A stretch of 64,000 nucleotides of DNA from Macrostomum lignano (GCA_002269645.1 NIVC01000647.1:428979-492978); one strand, 5' to 3'. Counted from the stretch's first letter, positions 1 to 12,359 are shown. Numbers and translations: made by a program. Notes: a model not told the origin generated them from the letters alone.

Positions 1-996
1 TTGGGGGGTCCCTTGTTGGGGAAGCTCCGGGGTCTGTCTCTCTTAGTGGATCCTGGCCTCGCGCGGCGCCCGGAGGAGGGGAGTGACGGGCCACACCGTT
101 CGCAGACTCCGCTGACGGCCCAGCGCGACTTGGTGACCGAAGAGTCAACGGGTGTCGATCCTGAGCCAGTACGACCAGCCGACACGGTCCAGGAGGTCTG
201 TCCCCGGGACGACCCGAATCAGCGCAAGGTGAGCTCGGCTAAGCGGCTCGTCGATGCAAAGGCATACCTAACGAGGCTGGGCCGGTCAATTCAGCCCGAG
301 GACCTTCGTGGCGTGCGTCGATGTGTAGCGGCTGTAAACTCGCCGTACTGTCTGCGTCTAGAATGTCCCGTTGTCCGACCACTGCTGCAAGACCGACGGA
401 TCGTGTTCGCCCTGGGCCTGAAGGCCAGTGCTGCACCGTGGTGGCCATCGCTGCGAGACGATGTACGACGATTTCTAGCGGGTAGCTGGCCGCGTGTCGT
501 GGCGGTCGGCGAAGTCGAGCTCAATTGGGACGCTGAGAGGTCGCAGCGCCAGGACCAGTTAACGGCGGCGATGGAGCAGTTCTTGCTTGCCAAGGAGTTT
601 AGCCTGCCGGTTTTGTTCCGAGTTGAAGGCGGCGAACCTGCCTGGGCGGTCGCCCTAGGATTCCTCCGGCAGCCGGAGTTTCAAGCGATGAGCGTCATGC
701 TGGCCGAGGACCTGGACTTGCCGGAGACCGTCGAGGCCGCGCTGGTGAACGAGTGCCACGGGGTCTTCTTCGAGGTGTCCGCTCGGTGCCGAGGATCCCC
801 GCGAGCGGTCCAACGGGCTAAGCGTCTCCCGCGGCAGCGCCTGCTGGTGACATCGGCCGCACCGTTTGGTGGAGACCCCAAGGACCCGACAGCCATCAAG
901 TTCGTGCCGGAAGCCCTAGCGGACAGTGAGTGTGATCACGGCTACTGGACTCGACTGTTTGCGACCAACTGTAGTAGATTTTTTGGCCGATTGTAG
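1..996 (+). CDS. TatD-like (amidohydrolase TIM-barrel) domain protein, 5'-truncated by the window edge, predicted catalytically inactive
   Basis: TatD motifs occur in the expected order: LVDAKAYL (cf. LVDSHCHL), VAVGEVELNW (cf. VAIGEIGLDY), QFLLAKEFSLPVLFR (cf. QLxLAKELxLPVxIH), RLLVTSAAPF (cf. RLLLETDAPY), NCSRFF (cf. NAxRLF). No intron is visible; stop at 994-996. Confidence 0.65.
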   Translation: MGGPLLGKLRGLSLLVDPGLARRPEEGSDGPHRSQTPLTAQRDLVTEESTGVDPEPVRPADTVQEVCPRDDPNQRKVSSAKRLVDAKAYLTRLGRSIQPEDLRGVRRCVAAVNSPYCLRLECPVVRPLLQDRRIVFALGLKASAAPWWPSLRDDVRRFLAGSWPRVVAVGEVELNWDAERSQRQDQLTAAMEQFLLAKEFSLPVLFRVEGGEPAWAVALGFLRQPEFQAMSVMLAEDLDLPETVEAALVNECHGVFFEVSARCRGSPRAVQRAKRLPRQRLLVTSAAPFGGDPKDPTAIKFVPEALADSECDHGYWTRLFATNCSRFFGRL

Positions 997-2070
997 AGTA
1001 GAATTGCGTTCTTAAGCCCGTTTTCAATTTTTGCGTACGCAATAGTTTGTGTCCCGTTTTCATTTTGTCGTTTTTGTTTTTTGTAATGCCGGCGGTATCC
1101 ACGCGTCGCGTCAAAGTTTTTCTGTTATTTTTCGGCCGTCGTTTTTTGAATTAACTTTTTTTTAGACTTGCTTGTTCATGCGTTGCTTTTTGCTTGACAT
1201 CCCCTTTCTCCTCTTCTTTTTCTTGGAGGGGGAGGATGTTGGGCTGCGCCCTTCCAGTGCTTGTGTACTCGTACTTTACCTTGTTTCCAGTTTTTCATGC
1301 CACCCCGCCCCGTCCCCCGTCTCGCGCCCGGGCCAGGGTTTGTGAGAGGTGTAAGCCTTAACCCTGGCCTAACCCTTTCTGCACCCAGCCCCCGGCCCAA
1401 CTTCTGTCCAATCTGGGTGCTGACCCTACCCCCCTCCCTCTTTGCCCGCCTCACCCTGGGGCTGCTCGTATTGGCTGGCTGGCTGATAAGCTGGCTGGGC
1501 CCCAGGGTTTGGCTCGCCGTCTCCATTCTGCCCCACCCCTTCCCCCTTTTTTGTGTATTATTTAAAGGCTAGCCCTGAGCGGGCTGCGCTCCACGCGCTT
1601 CGTTCTTACTGTTTTTTTCGTTCTTCGGCGTACCTCTGCCCTTTGCGTGCCAATAACTGCTTCGTGCCAATAAACGCTTCGTCAATTCTAACGCTTCGTT
1701 AATAACTCGATACATCAAGAAGAGGTGAGCGCGTGCTTTCTTCTTTCGGGTTGCCGCGTGGGGCCGGATTTGTAGGGACCTGAGACCGGTGAACACTCGC
1801 TGATCCCAGGGTGGTCGGTCAGGCGAACTCTCGCCGAACCGAGAGAGGCAGGGTAGGAATAGCCGGGGTGAGGGCTGGGACAAGACCTACCAGACCACCC
1901 CGAGACAGCCGTCAATGCTACACACACGAGCCCCAAAAAGGAATGTGGTCGCGCACGAAGTTGAAGCAGGGGTCGTGTGGCGCTCAAACGCATTCACCGC
2001 TGAGCTGCTTCGCATCAAAGCTTCTGCAGTGCTTCTTGGTTTGAAGTTTTGGAGTTAAAAATTCCTAACC

Positions 2071-2365
2071 AATAGCAATAACACGTGACCAGCCCCCGCA
2101 CCCACCTGTACAATAGCAATTACACGTGACCAGCCCCCGCACCCACCTGTACAATAGCAATAACACGTGACCAGCCCCCGCACCCACCTGTACAATAGCA
2201 ATAACACGTGACCAGCCCCCGCACCCACCTGTACAATAGCAATAACACGTGACCAGCCCCCGCACCCACCTGTACAATAGCAATAACACGTGACCAGCCC
2301 CCGCACCCACCTGTACAATAGCAATAACACGTGACCAGCCCCCGCACCCACCTGTACAATAGCAA
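2071..2365. repeat. 41-bp tandem repeat (about 7.2 copies) that contains the 3' end of ITPR exon 2 and its splice donor
   Basis: Unit aatagcaataacacgtgaccagcccccgcacccacctgtac starts at 2071, 2112, 2153, 2194, 2235, 2276 and 2317, with a partial copy at 2358. Confidence 0.95.
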
Positions 2366-3071
2366 ATGCTTCGTTGTCCTCGCGCAGACTGGCGCAGCCA
2401 ACTTTATTCATCACAGGCAAATCTTCGCCCTTGTCAATAGGAATACCGGTAGCGTGCACCCAGGTACCTGTGCACAGGTGTTTTAACCGGACAAAACTTG
2501 ATCTAGGCACCAGATTATCCGGCCTGGTAACTGACGTCGGGTCCAATTCGAATATTGAGCAGATATCGTGTCCATGCGGCACAAAGACCAGCTGGCAGAC
2601 ACTTCTTGACGGGTCGCCTCTCAGCTTAGTCCGCATAGGGTCTGGCGTGTCATCTTCATCTAGCTCAGCTGCCAGGTAGTTGCCTGTAGCCAGGTGCTTG
2701 AACCGGAACAGGCTCTTCCACAGGCCCGGGCCGCCGCGGCAGGCGTCGTTCTGAATGACTTCAACTTCCCACAGCGCCTTGGAGCTCGTGGCCGCGGTGG
2801 CGCTAGTGCGCAGAGTCTTGCGCAGGAATACAACCGACTTTTTCTGATACTCGTCGCCAGTGAGGAATTTCTCCTGCTCGGCGTGGAACAGTCGGACAAC
2901 GTCGCCACTTTTCAGCACTTCCGGCTTGTTCTCGCGAGACTCCATGAACAGCACCATCTTCCAGCAGGTGTTGCAGTTTACTGAATTCACCTCTTTGCAG
3001 CCCGGATTGTCTACCAGATCGTACGTGCTGGCGTGCAGCGGCTGCCCAGCATTCACCGGGCAGAGAGTCAC
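2352..3071 (-). CDS. ITPR1: Inositol 1,4,5-trisphosphate receptor, coding exon 2 (MIR repeats / IP3-binding core beta domain)
   Basis: [15 protein letters not shown]...[13 protein letters not shown]...[15 protein letters not shown]...[10 protein letters not shown] matches ITPR residues ~183-430. Acceptor ttccag at 3072-3073, donor CAG|gtgggt at 2351; 720 nt, phase 0/0. The remainder of the gene lies beyond the left edge. Confidence 0.95.
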
Positions 3072-3149
3072 CTGGAAATACAGTAGGGACATAATTGGTT
3101 CAATTAATTTATATTGCATAACTGGTTTACTTGGGAATGTGGCGTTTTT

Positions 3150-4248
<1,099 letters not shown>

Positions 4249-4794
4249 CTTATCGCCAACGATGACCTGGTCGCCAGCTGAGCGCAGCTTATAATAGGGC
4301 TGTATATAAAACCAGGAGCCCTCGTTGCCATTAGCGTCAAGCATGACTCGCATAGCATTCTTCTCCACGAGAGCGGGCAGCCGCTTGTTAACGGTGAGGA
4401 ATTTATTGCTCTTCAGGTGCAGCAGTTGCACAACGTTGCCGTATTGAACTACGCTGCCAAGGGCGCTGCTGCTCTCTTTTTCATTTTGCTGCTTCTCCAT
4501 CATAGCGGCTTGTCGCAGCTTCTCCAACAGCACGGCATCCGGAGCGGAGCTGATGGGATTCCGGGCGGCCTTCCAGAACTGCTTCTGGGCGCTGTACCGA
4601 AAGGAGGGACAAATCTGGAACAGGCAGTCGCGAAATTTCTTCGGCGGATTGTACAGGTCGCCTTCGGATGGCTGCACAATGCAGCGGTCGTCAACCAGGC
4701 CCAGAGTGCTGATGAAGCCGGTGGAGCCGCCTCCGCCTTCGGCGTACAACGAGATGATGTCGCCAATGTGCAGAAATCCGATGGCATCGGACAT
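4249..4794 (-). CDS. ITPR1: Inositol 1,4,5-trisphosphate receptor, coding exon 1 (suppressor domain)
   Basis: [20 protein letters not shown]...[13 protein letters not shown]...[10 protein letters not shown]...[11 protein letters not shown]...[27 protein letters not shown] is nearly identical to the ITPR N-terminus. 546 nt, donor GT at 4248-4247. Confidence 0.97.
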
Positions 4795-5005
4795 TATGCA
4801 CTTTTAATTCTAGATCCGGTCAGATCTTTGTTGCTAGCATGAATTTTTTTAAACAAGCATTTATTTTACAACTGACTATTAAATCATAATTATAAACAAT
4901 ATTAATAATTGAAAATTAGTGACAGCAAAGAATTTAAAACAACTATTTTTAAATCGCAATTGCCCAGCCTCATGACAAACGACTAGAAGAGAGAAGAAAC
5001 AAATT

Positions 5006-5627
5006 GAGTCTTCTGCAAGCAGAAATGTGCTCAGAGTCTTCTGCAAGCGGAAATGTGCTCAGAGTCTTCTGCAAGCAGAAATGTGCTCAGAGTCTTCTGC
5101 AAGCAGAAATGTTTTTCAGAGTCTTCTGCAAGCAGAAATGTGCTCAGAGTCTTCCGCAAGCAGAAATGTTTTCAAAGTCTTCTGCAAGGAGAAATGTGCT
5201 CAGAGTCTTCTGCAAGCAGACATGTTTTCAATGTCTTCTGCAAGCAGAATTTTTTTAGAGTCTTCTGCAAGCAGAAATGCTTTTCAGAGTCTTCTGCAAG
5301 CAGAAATATTTTTCAGAGTCTTCTGCAAGCAGAAATGTTTTTCAGAGTCTTTCGCAAGCAGAAATGTTTTCAAAGTCTTCTGCAAGCAGAAATCTTTTTT
5401 CAGAGTCTTCTGCAAGCAGAATTTTTTTAGAGTCTTCTGCAAGCAGAAATGCTTTTCAGAGTCTTCTGCAAGCAGAAATATTTTTCAGAGTCTTCTGCAA
5501 GCAGAAATGTTTTTTCAGAGTCTTCTGCAAGCAGAAATATTTTTCAGTCTTCTGCAAGCAGAAATGTGCTCAGGTTCTTCTGAAAGCAGAAATTTGCTTA
5601 GTCTTCTGCAAGCAGAAATGTTTAGCA
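5006..5627. repeat. About 28-bp minisatellite between whirlin and ITPR
   Basis: Unit gagtcttctgcaagcagaaatgtgctca with T-rich variants, about 21 copies. Confidence 0.92.
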
Positions 5628-6436
5628 AATATACAAGCATCTATTGCAATCGCCTATATGTAATGATTATAACTTTTTAAACGCAATTTTCATAGAATAG
5701 AATTCTTGAGAAATTTATCAATTTTTGTTAGACAAATTTTAATTTGCACTCAGGATTAAGAGTGAGATCAAGGAGAGGCTGAGGAGAAATGAATAACCAT
5801 ATATATATCAAATTGAATCAATCCTATGAACGCCATCACACAGTGCACAGCATAAAACTTAGAATTCAAGCAATGTACAAACAAATTCTGACAATAAGCC
5901 CGCCATCCCAGACGAACACTATAAAATGATGACAGGTACGCAAGCAAAAGCAGCTGCCTCGGGCATGCAATTTAACCGCATTAATAAAACAAAACTACAA
6001 TAGCATTATGCCACTACCGGGTGAAATAAATATAAGACAATAAGCATACGAAAAGTAGCGCAAATTCAAGGAAAGTGAAAAAGAAACAATAGCAATCTGG
6101 ATACACATCACTAAATGTTCTGGCACAATATGCTTCTTTGATACTGGGAATGAAATATAGTAAAGAAGTGACTAGAAAAGCTTGACAAATGATACACAAA
6201 AAATAAATATAACAAATAAAGGAATGCGCTTGAAACCTACTACTAGTAGACTAGATACAATTAAAGCAAAATAATAATATATTCTGCACATACTACTTAA
6301 AAAAAGTTGCACATGGACCCGTTCAACCAAATTGAGCATAAGATACAAATTAAAAAACGCAAACGCTACATAGCAAAAATATTATTCAGCCCTCATCATA
6401 CTACTGACAGAAGTAGCAGAACAATAATCATGAAAT

Positions 6437-6625
6437 TCAGTTTAAAACAGGCGCTGGCCGCAATTCAGCCACGGTGAGTTGCATAACAGGCCGAGAGCTG
6501 CGAAAGGCTTCAGCAATGGCCCTGGCAGCTTGCTTATGCTCCAAGCCTTTCATTGGCAGGCCGTCAACAGCCAAAATCACTTGGCCAACGCGTAGCTCGG
6601 CGCAGTCGTAGGCGCTGCCACCAGG
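6437..6625 (-). CDS. WHRN: Whirlin last exon (C-terminal half of PDZ3)
   Basis: PGGSAYDCAELRVGQVILAVDGLPMKGLEHKQAARAIAEAFRSSRPVMQLTVAELRPAPVLN* resembles whirlin PDZ3 (GGSAHNCGQLKVGHVILEVNG...HREAARIIAEAFK). Acceptor tttcag at 6626-6627, TGA at 6437-6439. Confidence 0.9.
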   Translation of the reverse strand, partial: PGGSAYDCAELRVGQVILAVDGLPMKGLEHKQAARAIAEAFRSSRPVMQLTVAELRPAPVLN

Positions 6626-6684
6626 CTGAAAATGTTTAATTTATAAAACTTAGATTCTCATAGAAAAATAAACCGAGTGTTCAA

Positions 6685-6900
6685 ATTAGCCTACTGATAT
6701 AGGTAGAAAGTACGAAATTTTATCACCAAAAACTTTACTAAACGTTGAAAACATGCACCATTTTGCATATTAATTAGCCTACTGATATAAGTAGAAAGTA
6801 AGAAATTTTATCGTCAAAAAGTTCACTAAACGTTGAAAACATGCACCATTTTACATATTAATTAGCCTACTGATGTAAATAGAAAGTACGAAATTTTATA
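6685..6900. repeat. 88-bp tandem duplication (about 2.5 copies), intronic
   Basis: attagcctactgatat...gcaccatttt(g/a)catatta recurs at 6685, 6773 and 6861. Confidence 0.85.
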
Positions 6901-7160
6901 AACTATATTTATTAATTATTTATACCTATAAAAATCATAAATTTTACTGTGCAATTCTGACGTCATCAAATAAATCACCATAAAAACAAAATGTCATTAA
7001 TCTTTTTAGAATATATAGGATCACCAAACAAAAAAGTTATTAGATCTATTACCTATTAGAGAAAAGAACAAAAACCACCAGACGGATACGAGGCGCTATT
7101 CTCCATTAGCCAATAATAAAATACAATCGTCAATATACTGAAAGTAAACCGCATTCAAAC

Positions 7161-7340
7161 CTCAATAGCCGCCAGCCTTGGGAAATAGCAGCTTGGCGTG
7201 TCAGCGCCGCCCTGAATGGACATGCCAAGCCTATTTGGCCGGGTCTTGGCCAGGGCTATCACTTTGGTAACTGGGGCTGAGATCACCGCTGTGCGAGCGT
7301 CACGCGGGCCCTGCACTATTAAGGAGCCCTGCTCAGGCAG
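7161..7340 (-). CDS. WHRN: Whirlin alternative exon 6B (second version of the N-terminal half of PDZ3)
   Basis: LPEQGSL...VIALAKTRPNRLGMSIQGGADTPSCYFPRLAAIE. Acceptor gctcag at 7341-7342, donor GAG|gtttga; 180 nt, phase 0/0, homologous to exon 6A. Confidence 0.75.
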
Positions 7341-7546
7341 CTGAGCGAGGCCAAAGCGAAGCATTGCGTTTTTTATTACTAATGTATAACGATGCATTTT
7401 CCAGATTTCAAATAATTTGATTCGTATTAAAAACAGCAAAAAACAGTTAAAGGAAGAATACAATATTTCTGGAAAAAACTATGAATCCGGAGAACCTTAC
7501 TATATGACAGTTCTAAGCTTTCGAATATTTGATGTTCGAATCAAAA

Positions 7547-8255
7547 AGATCCTCAGATTCCAGTCCCTACCCTCCCAGATCCTCAGATTCTAGTCCCTAC
7601 CCTTCCACATCCTCAGATTCTAGTCCCTACCCTCCCAAATCCTCAGATTCCAGTCCCTACCCTCCCAGATCCTCAGATTCTAGTCTCTACCCTTCCAGAT
7701 CCTCAGATTCTAGTCCCTACCCTCCCAGATCCTTAGATTCTAGTCCTTACCCTCCCAGATCCCCAGATTCTAGTCCCTAACCTCCCAGATCCTTAGATTC
7801 TAGTCCCTACCCTCCCAGATCCTTAGATTCTAGTCCTTACCCTCCCAGATCCTCAGATTCTAGTCCCTACCCTAATCTGGATCTGGGAGGCTGGCACAGC
7901 AGCTGAGGATCTGGGAGGCTGGTCCAGCAGCTGAGGATCTGGGAGGCTGGCACAGCAGCTGAGGATCTGGGAGGCTGGCACAGCAGCTGAGGATCTGGGA
8001 GGCTGGCACAGCAACTGAGGATCTGGGAGGCTGGCACAGCAACTGAGGATCTGGGAGGCTGGCCCAGCAACTGAGGATCTGGGAGGCTGGCCCAGCAACT
8101 GAGGATCTGGGAGGCAGACCCATCAACTGAAAATATGGAAGCCTGGCCTGGACTAGTAAGGACTAGAATCTGAGGATCTGGAAGGGTAGGGACTGGAATC
8201 TGAGGGTCTGGGAGGGTAGGGACTGAAATCTGAGGGTCTGGGAGGTTAAGGACTA
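7547..8255. repeat. Foldback-like composite repeat: 30-bp array (7547-7873), 28-bp array (7879-8115), inverted 30-bp array (8159-8255)
   Basis: The left unit agatcctcagattctagtccctaccctccc reappears as its reverse complement (gggagggtagggactggaatctgag) on the right. The middle unit shares gaggatctgggagg. Confidence 0.85.
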
Positions 8256-8603
8256 TGTGGTGACTTGGCTGGGTTGATTTTATTCTTTATTCTTTATTCA
8301 GTGTTTGGGGGTGGTGTTTTTACCTGTTTCACTCTGTGCGCCTTTCTACAATATCTTGATGTACTCTCTTACTTATGTAGGTTCTTCAATCTGTCTACTT
8401 TTGTTCTCCACCCCTAAGCCTTATCCACTAAATGTATCGTGCTCAATAGTTACAATATAAATCGCAGTCGCTTGCCTCGTATCAAGCGTTTATCGTTCTA
8501 CAATCTAAAGTGAAGTCTTTTCAGACTATAATCCAGGGATCCATGAGTTTGGTGACTCAAAATTCAGCACCTGTCAATTGCTCAGAAACAACTCTAAACT
8601 CAC

Positions 8604-8822
8604 CTGCACATTGATAATTCTCGGCAGAGTCTGTCTCGTGTTCGCCCCGCCCTCGATAGCCAAGCCCAGAGTCGGCTGAGTCTTTCGCACGCCAGCACTG
8701 ACCGGCTCCGTGATTGTCGAAGCGTCGATACCGAAATGTCGGGCATCGTTGCCGAAACCGGTGTCCGTGCCAGAATCGTGCTGAAATGTTGACAGCAACA
8801 ATTTGCGTTTGGCCATCTTCAT
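8604..8822 (-). CDS. WHRN: Whirlin exon 6A (canonical N-terminal half of PDZ3)
   Basis: ...VRKTQPTLGLAIEGGANTRQTLPRIINVQ resembles whirlin VKKSAATLGIAIEGGANTRQPLPRIVTIQ. Acceptor gcgcag at 8823-8824, donor CAG|gtgagt; 219 nt, phase 0/0. Confidence 0.92.
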
Positions 8823-9315
8823 CTGCGCAGGCTTATTTGAGTGCTAATATAAAACTAATGGGCCACGCCCTGTTTTATCGCGATGAAAATCCTTACCTCT
8901 GTCTACACAGGGGTGGACTGTGACTTAGTCTCCCTACCTCGCCCCCGCCTCCCATCTGTTCCCCTTCATCCCCGCTGCTACCCTGCTCCCTTCTCCACTC
9001 GCAGGTGGGGTGAGGCCTGGCTCTAAAAGGGCAAGAGAGAACTGACTGAGGAGATCCCTAAGCCAGTATAGCCAGTCGGTTGAAGCGGACAAAATATGTT
9101 GATTAGAGGGGACGTACGATCAGCAACTGAGGATGCAAGCAGATTAACGATAATTCATGGCTGGTGCGGCAAAAACAGAGATAGGTGGGAAACAAAATAA
9201 TTGAGCAGGTGTCACCAGACAATACAGCGCTAGCCTTTACTTAAAACAAGTGACATTCCATCTGCACTTAAACTGAATTCCAATAAATGCCACGACTTCG
9301 ATTCAATATACTATA

Positions 9316-11595
9316 ATCCCAGATCCCAGATCCTAGATCCCAGATCCCAGATCCCAGATCCTAGATCCCAGATCCTAGATCCCAGATCCCAGATCCTAGA
9401 TCCCAGATCCTAGATCCTAGATCCCAGATCCTAGATCCTAGATCCCAGATCCTAGATCCCAGATCCTAGATCCCAGATCCTAGATCCTAGATCCTAGATC
9501 CCAGATCCTAGATCCCAGATCCTAGATCCCAGATCCTAGATCCTAGATCCTAGATCCTAGATCCTAGATCCTAGATCCTAGATCCCAGATCCCAGATCCC
9601 AGATCCTAGATCCCAGATCCTAGATCCCAGATCCTAGATCCTAGATCCTAGATCCCAGATCCCAGATCCTAGATCCCAGATCCTAGATCCTAGATCCCAG
9701 ATCCTAGATCCCAGATCCTAGATCCCAGATCCTAGATCCCAGATCCTAGATCTTAGATCCTAGATCCCAGATCCTAGATCCCAGATCCTAGATCCCAGAT
9801 CCTAGATCCCAGATCCTAGATCCCAGATCCTAGATCCCAGATCCTAGATCCCAGATCCTAGATCCCAGATCCTAGATCCCAGATCCTAGATCCCAGATCC
9901 TAGATCCCAGATCCCAGATCCCAGATCCCAGATCCTAGATCCCAGATCCTAGATCCCAGATCCTAGATCCCAGATCCTAGATCCCAGATCCTAGATCCCA
10001 GATCCTAGATCCCAGATCCTAGATCCCAGATCCTAGATCCCAGATCCTAGATCCTAGATCCCAGATCCTAGATCCCAGATCCTAGATCCCAGATCCTAGA
10101 TCCCAGATCCCAGATCCTAGATCCTAGATCCCAGATCCTAGATCCCAGATCCTAGATCCCAGATCCTAGATCCCAGATCCTAGATCCCAGATCCTAGATC
10201 CCAGATCCTAGATCCCAGATCCTAGATCCCAGATCCTAGATCCCAGATCCTAGATCCCAGATCCTAGATCCCAGATCCTAGATCCCAGATCCTAGATCCC
10301 AGATCCTAGATCCCAGATCCTAGATCCCAGATCCTAGATCCCAGATCCTAGATCCCAGATCCTAGATCCCAGATCCTAGATCCCAGATCTTAGATCCCAG
10401 ATCCTAGATCCCAGATCCTAGATCCCAGATCCTAGATCCCAGATCCTAGATCCCAGATCCTAGATCCCAGATCCTAGATCCCAGATCCTAGATCCCAGAT
10501 CCTAGATCCCAGATCCTAGATCCCAGATCCTAGATCCCAGATCCTAGATCCCAGATCCTAGATCCCAGATCCTAGATCCCAGATCCTAGATCCCAGATCC
10601 TAGATCCCAGATCCTAGATCCCAGATCCTAGATCCCAGATCCTAGATCCCAGATCCTAGATCCCAGATCCTAGATCCCAGATCCTAGATCCCAGATCCTA
10701 GATCCCAGATCCTAGATCCCAGATCCTAGATCCCAGATCCTAGATCCCAGATCCTAGATCCCAGATCCTAGATCCCAGATCCTAGATCCCAGATCCTAGA
10801 TCCCAGATCCCAGATCCTAGATCCCAGATCCTAGATCCCAGATCCTAGATCCCAGATCCTAGATCCCAGATCCTAGATCCCAGATCCTAGATCCCAGATC
10901 CTAGATCCCAGATCCTAGATCCCAGATCCTAGATCCCAGATCCTAGATCCCAGATCCTAGATCCCAGATCCTAGATCCCAGATCCTAGATCCCAGATCCT
11001 AGATCCCAGATCCTAGATCCCAGATCCTAGATCCCAGATCCTAGATCCCAGATCCTAGATCCCAGATCCTAGATCCCAGATCCTAGATCCCAGATCCTAG
11101 ATCCCAGATCCTAGATCCCAGATCCTAGATCCCAGATCCTAGATCCCAGATCCTAGATCCCAGATCCTAGATCCCAGATCCTAGATCCCAGATCCTAGAT
11201 CCCAGATCCTAGATCCCAGATCCTAGATCCCAGATCCTAGATCCCAGATCCTAGATCCCAGATCCTAGATCCCAGATCCTAGATCCCAGATCCTAGATCC
11301 CAGATCCTAGATCCCAGATCCTAGATCCCAGATCCTAGATCCCAGATCCTAGATCCCAGATCCTAGATCCCAGATCCTAGATCCCAGATCCTAGATCCCA
11401 GATCCTAGATCCCAGATCCTAGATCTCAGATCCTTGATCCCAGATCCTAGATCCCAGATCCTAGATCCCAGATCCTAGATCCCAGATCCTAGATCCTAGA
11501 TCCCAGATCCTAGATCCTAGATCCCAGATTCCAGATCCCAGATCCTAGATCCTAGATCCCAGATTCCAGATCCCAGATCCTAGATCCTTGATCCC
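9316..11595. repeat. Heptamer satellite (ATCCTAG/ATCCCAG)n, mostly a 14-bp dimer, about 2.3 kb, in whirlin intron 5
   Basis: Directly visible, with a homogeneous core and more variable edges. Confidence 0.98.
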
Positions 11596-11614
11596 ATACA
11601 CGCCAGCAGCTCAC

Positions 11615-11714
11615 CATGGTCCTAGCCTGCTGTTTAACTGGCGTCGTGTCCGTATCGTCGTAGCGTCGACCAGACGGCAGAATGGATCCGCTGCGCGACG
11701 CCAGATTTCTGCGA
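11615..11714 (-). CDS. WHRN: Whirlin exon 5 (linker)
   Basis: tttcag|T CGC AGA...ACC ATG|gtgagc; 100 nt. It bridges the phase-2 end of exon 4 to the phase-0 start of exon 6. Confidence 0.75.
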
Positions 11715-11985
11715 CTGAAATTCAATGCGAATAATATTCGATTTAGCTGGTTATTGCACAATATTTTGCATAATAATTGGCTTGCAGTGCTACTTGTAAG
11801 TAGGCAAAAAAATACCAAATACGAGCGTATGTACGAGCTATTTCATACGTTTTATACCTTTATTGGCTTTAAATACAAAAGTGAAAAATAGAGAAGAAAA
11901 TCAGAAGAGATTGAACTGTTTTGCGGTTGTGCATTTAAACTGGGAAGGTTTTTTATGCAGGAAATGGAACACAAGCGGGGGGACA

Positions 11986-12316
11986 GAAGCGGGAGGGAGA
12001 GAAGCGGGCGGGAGAGAAGCGAGAGGGAGAGAAGCGGGAGGGAGAGAAGCGAGAGGGAGAGAAGCGGGAGAGAAGCGGGAGGGAGAGAAGCGGGACTGAC
12101 AGAAGCGGGAGGGAGATAAGCGGGCGGGAGAGAAGCGGGAGGGAGAGAAGCGGGAGGGAGAGAAGCGGGACTGAGAGAAGCGGGAGGGAGAGAAGCGGGA
12201 GGGGGAGAAGCGGGAGAGAAGCGGGAGGGAGAGAAGCAGAAGGAGAGAAGCGGAGGGAGAGAAGCGGAAGGAGAGAAGCGGGAGGGAGAGAAGCGGAAGG
12301 AGAGAAGCGGGAGGGA
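11986..12316. repeat. About 15-bp purine-rich minisatellite (gaagcgggagggaga)
   Basis: Directly visible in whirlin intron 4; it is the source of the spurious SLPPA/RFSPS ORF tails. Confidence 0.9.
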
Positions 12317-12359
12317 GTGCCGGAAGGGATCGGGAAAACGCAAGCAAAAAGATTCAAAC

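Noticed and set aside
1176-2044. Short ORFs on both strands between the TatD-like gene and ITPR
   Set aside because: No recognisable domain, stops interrupt the protein-like frames, and no consistent splice model emerges.
2805-2830. IP3-binding motif reads RKTLR instead of RTTGR
   Set aside because: Both arginines and the threonine are retained and the Gly position varies among invertebrate ITPRs, so it is not evidence of altered function.
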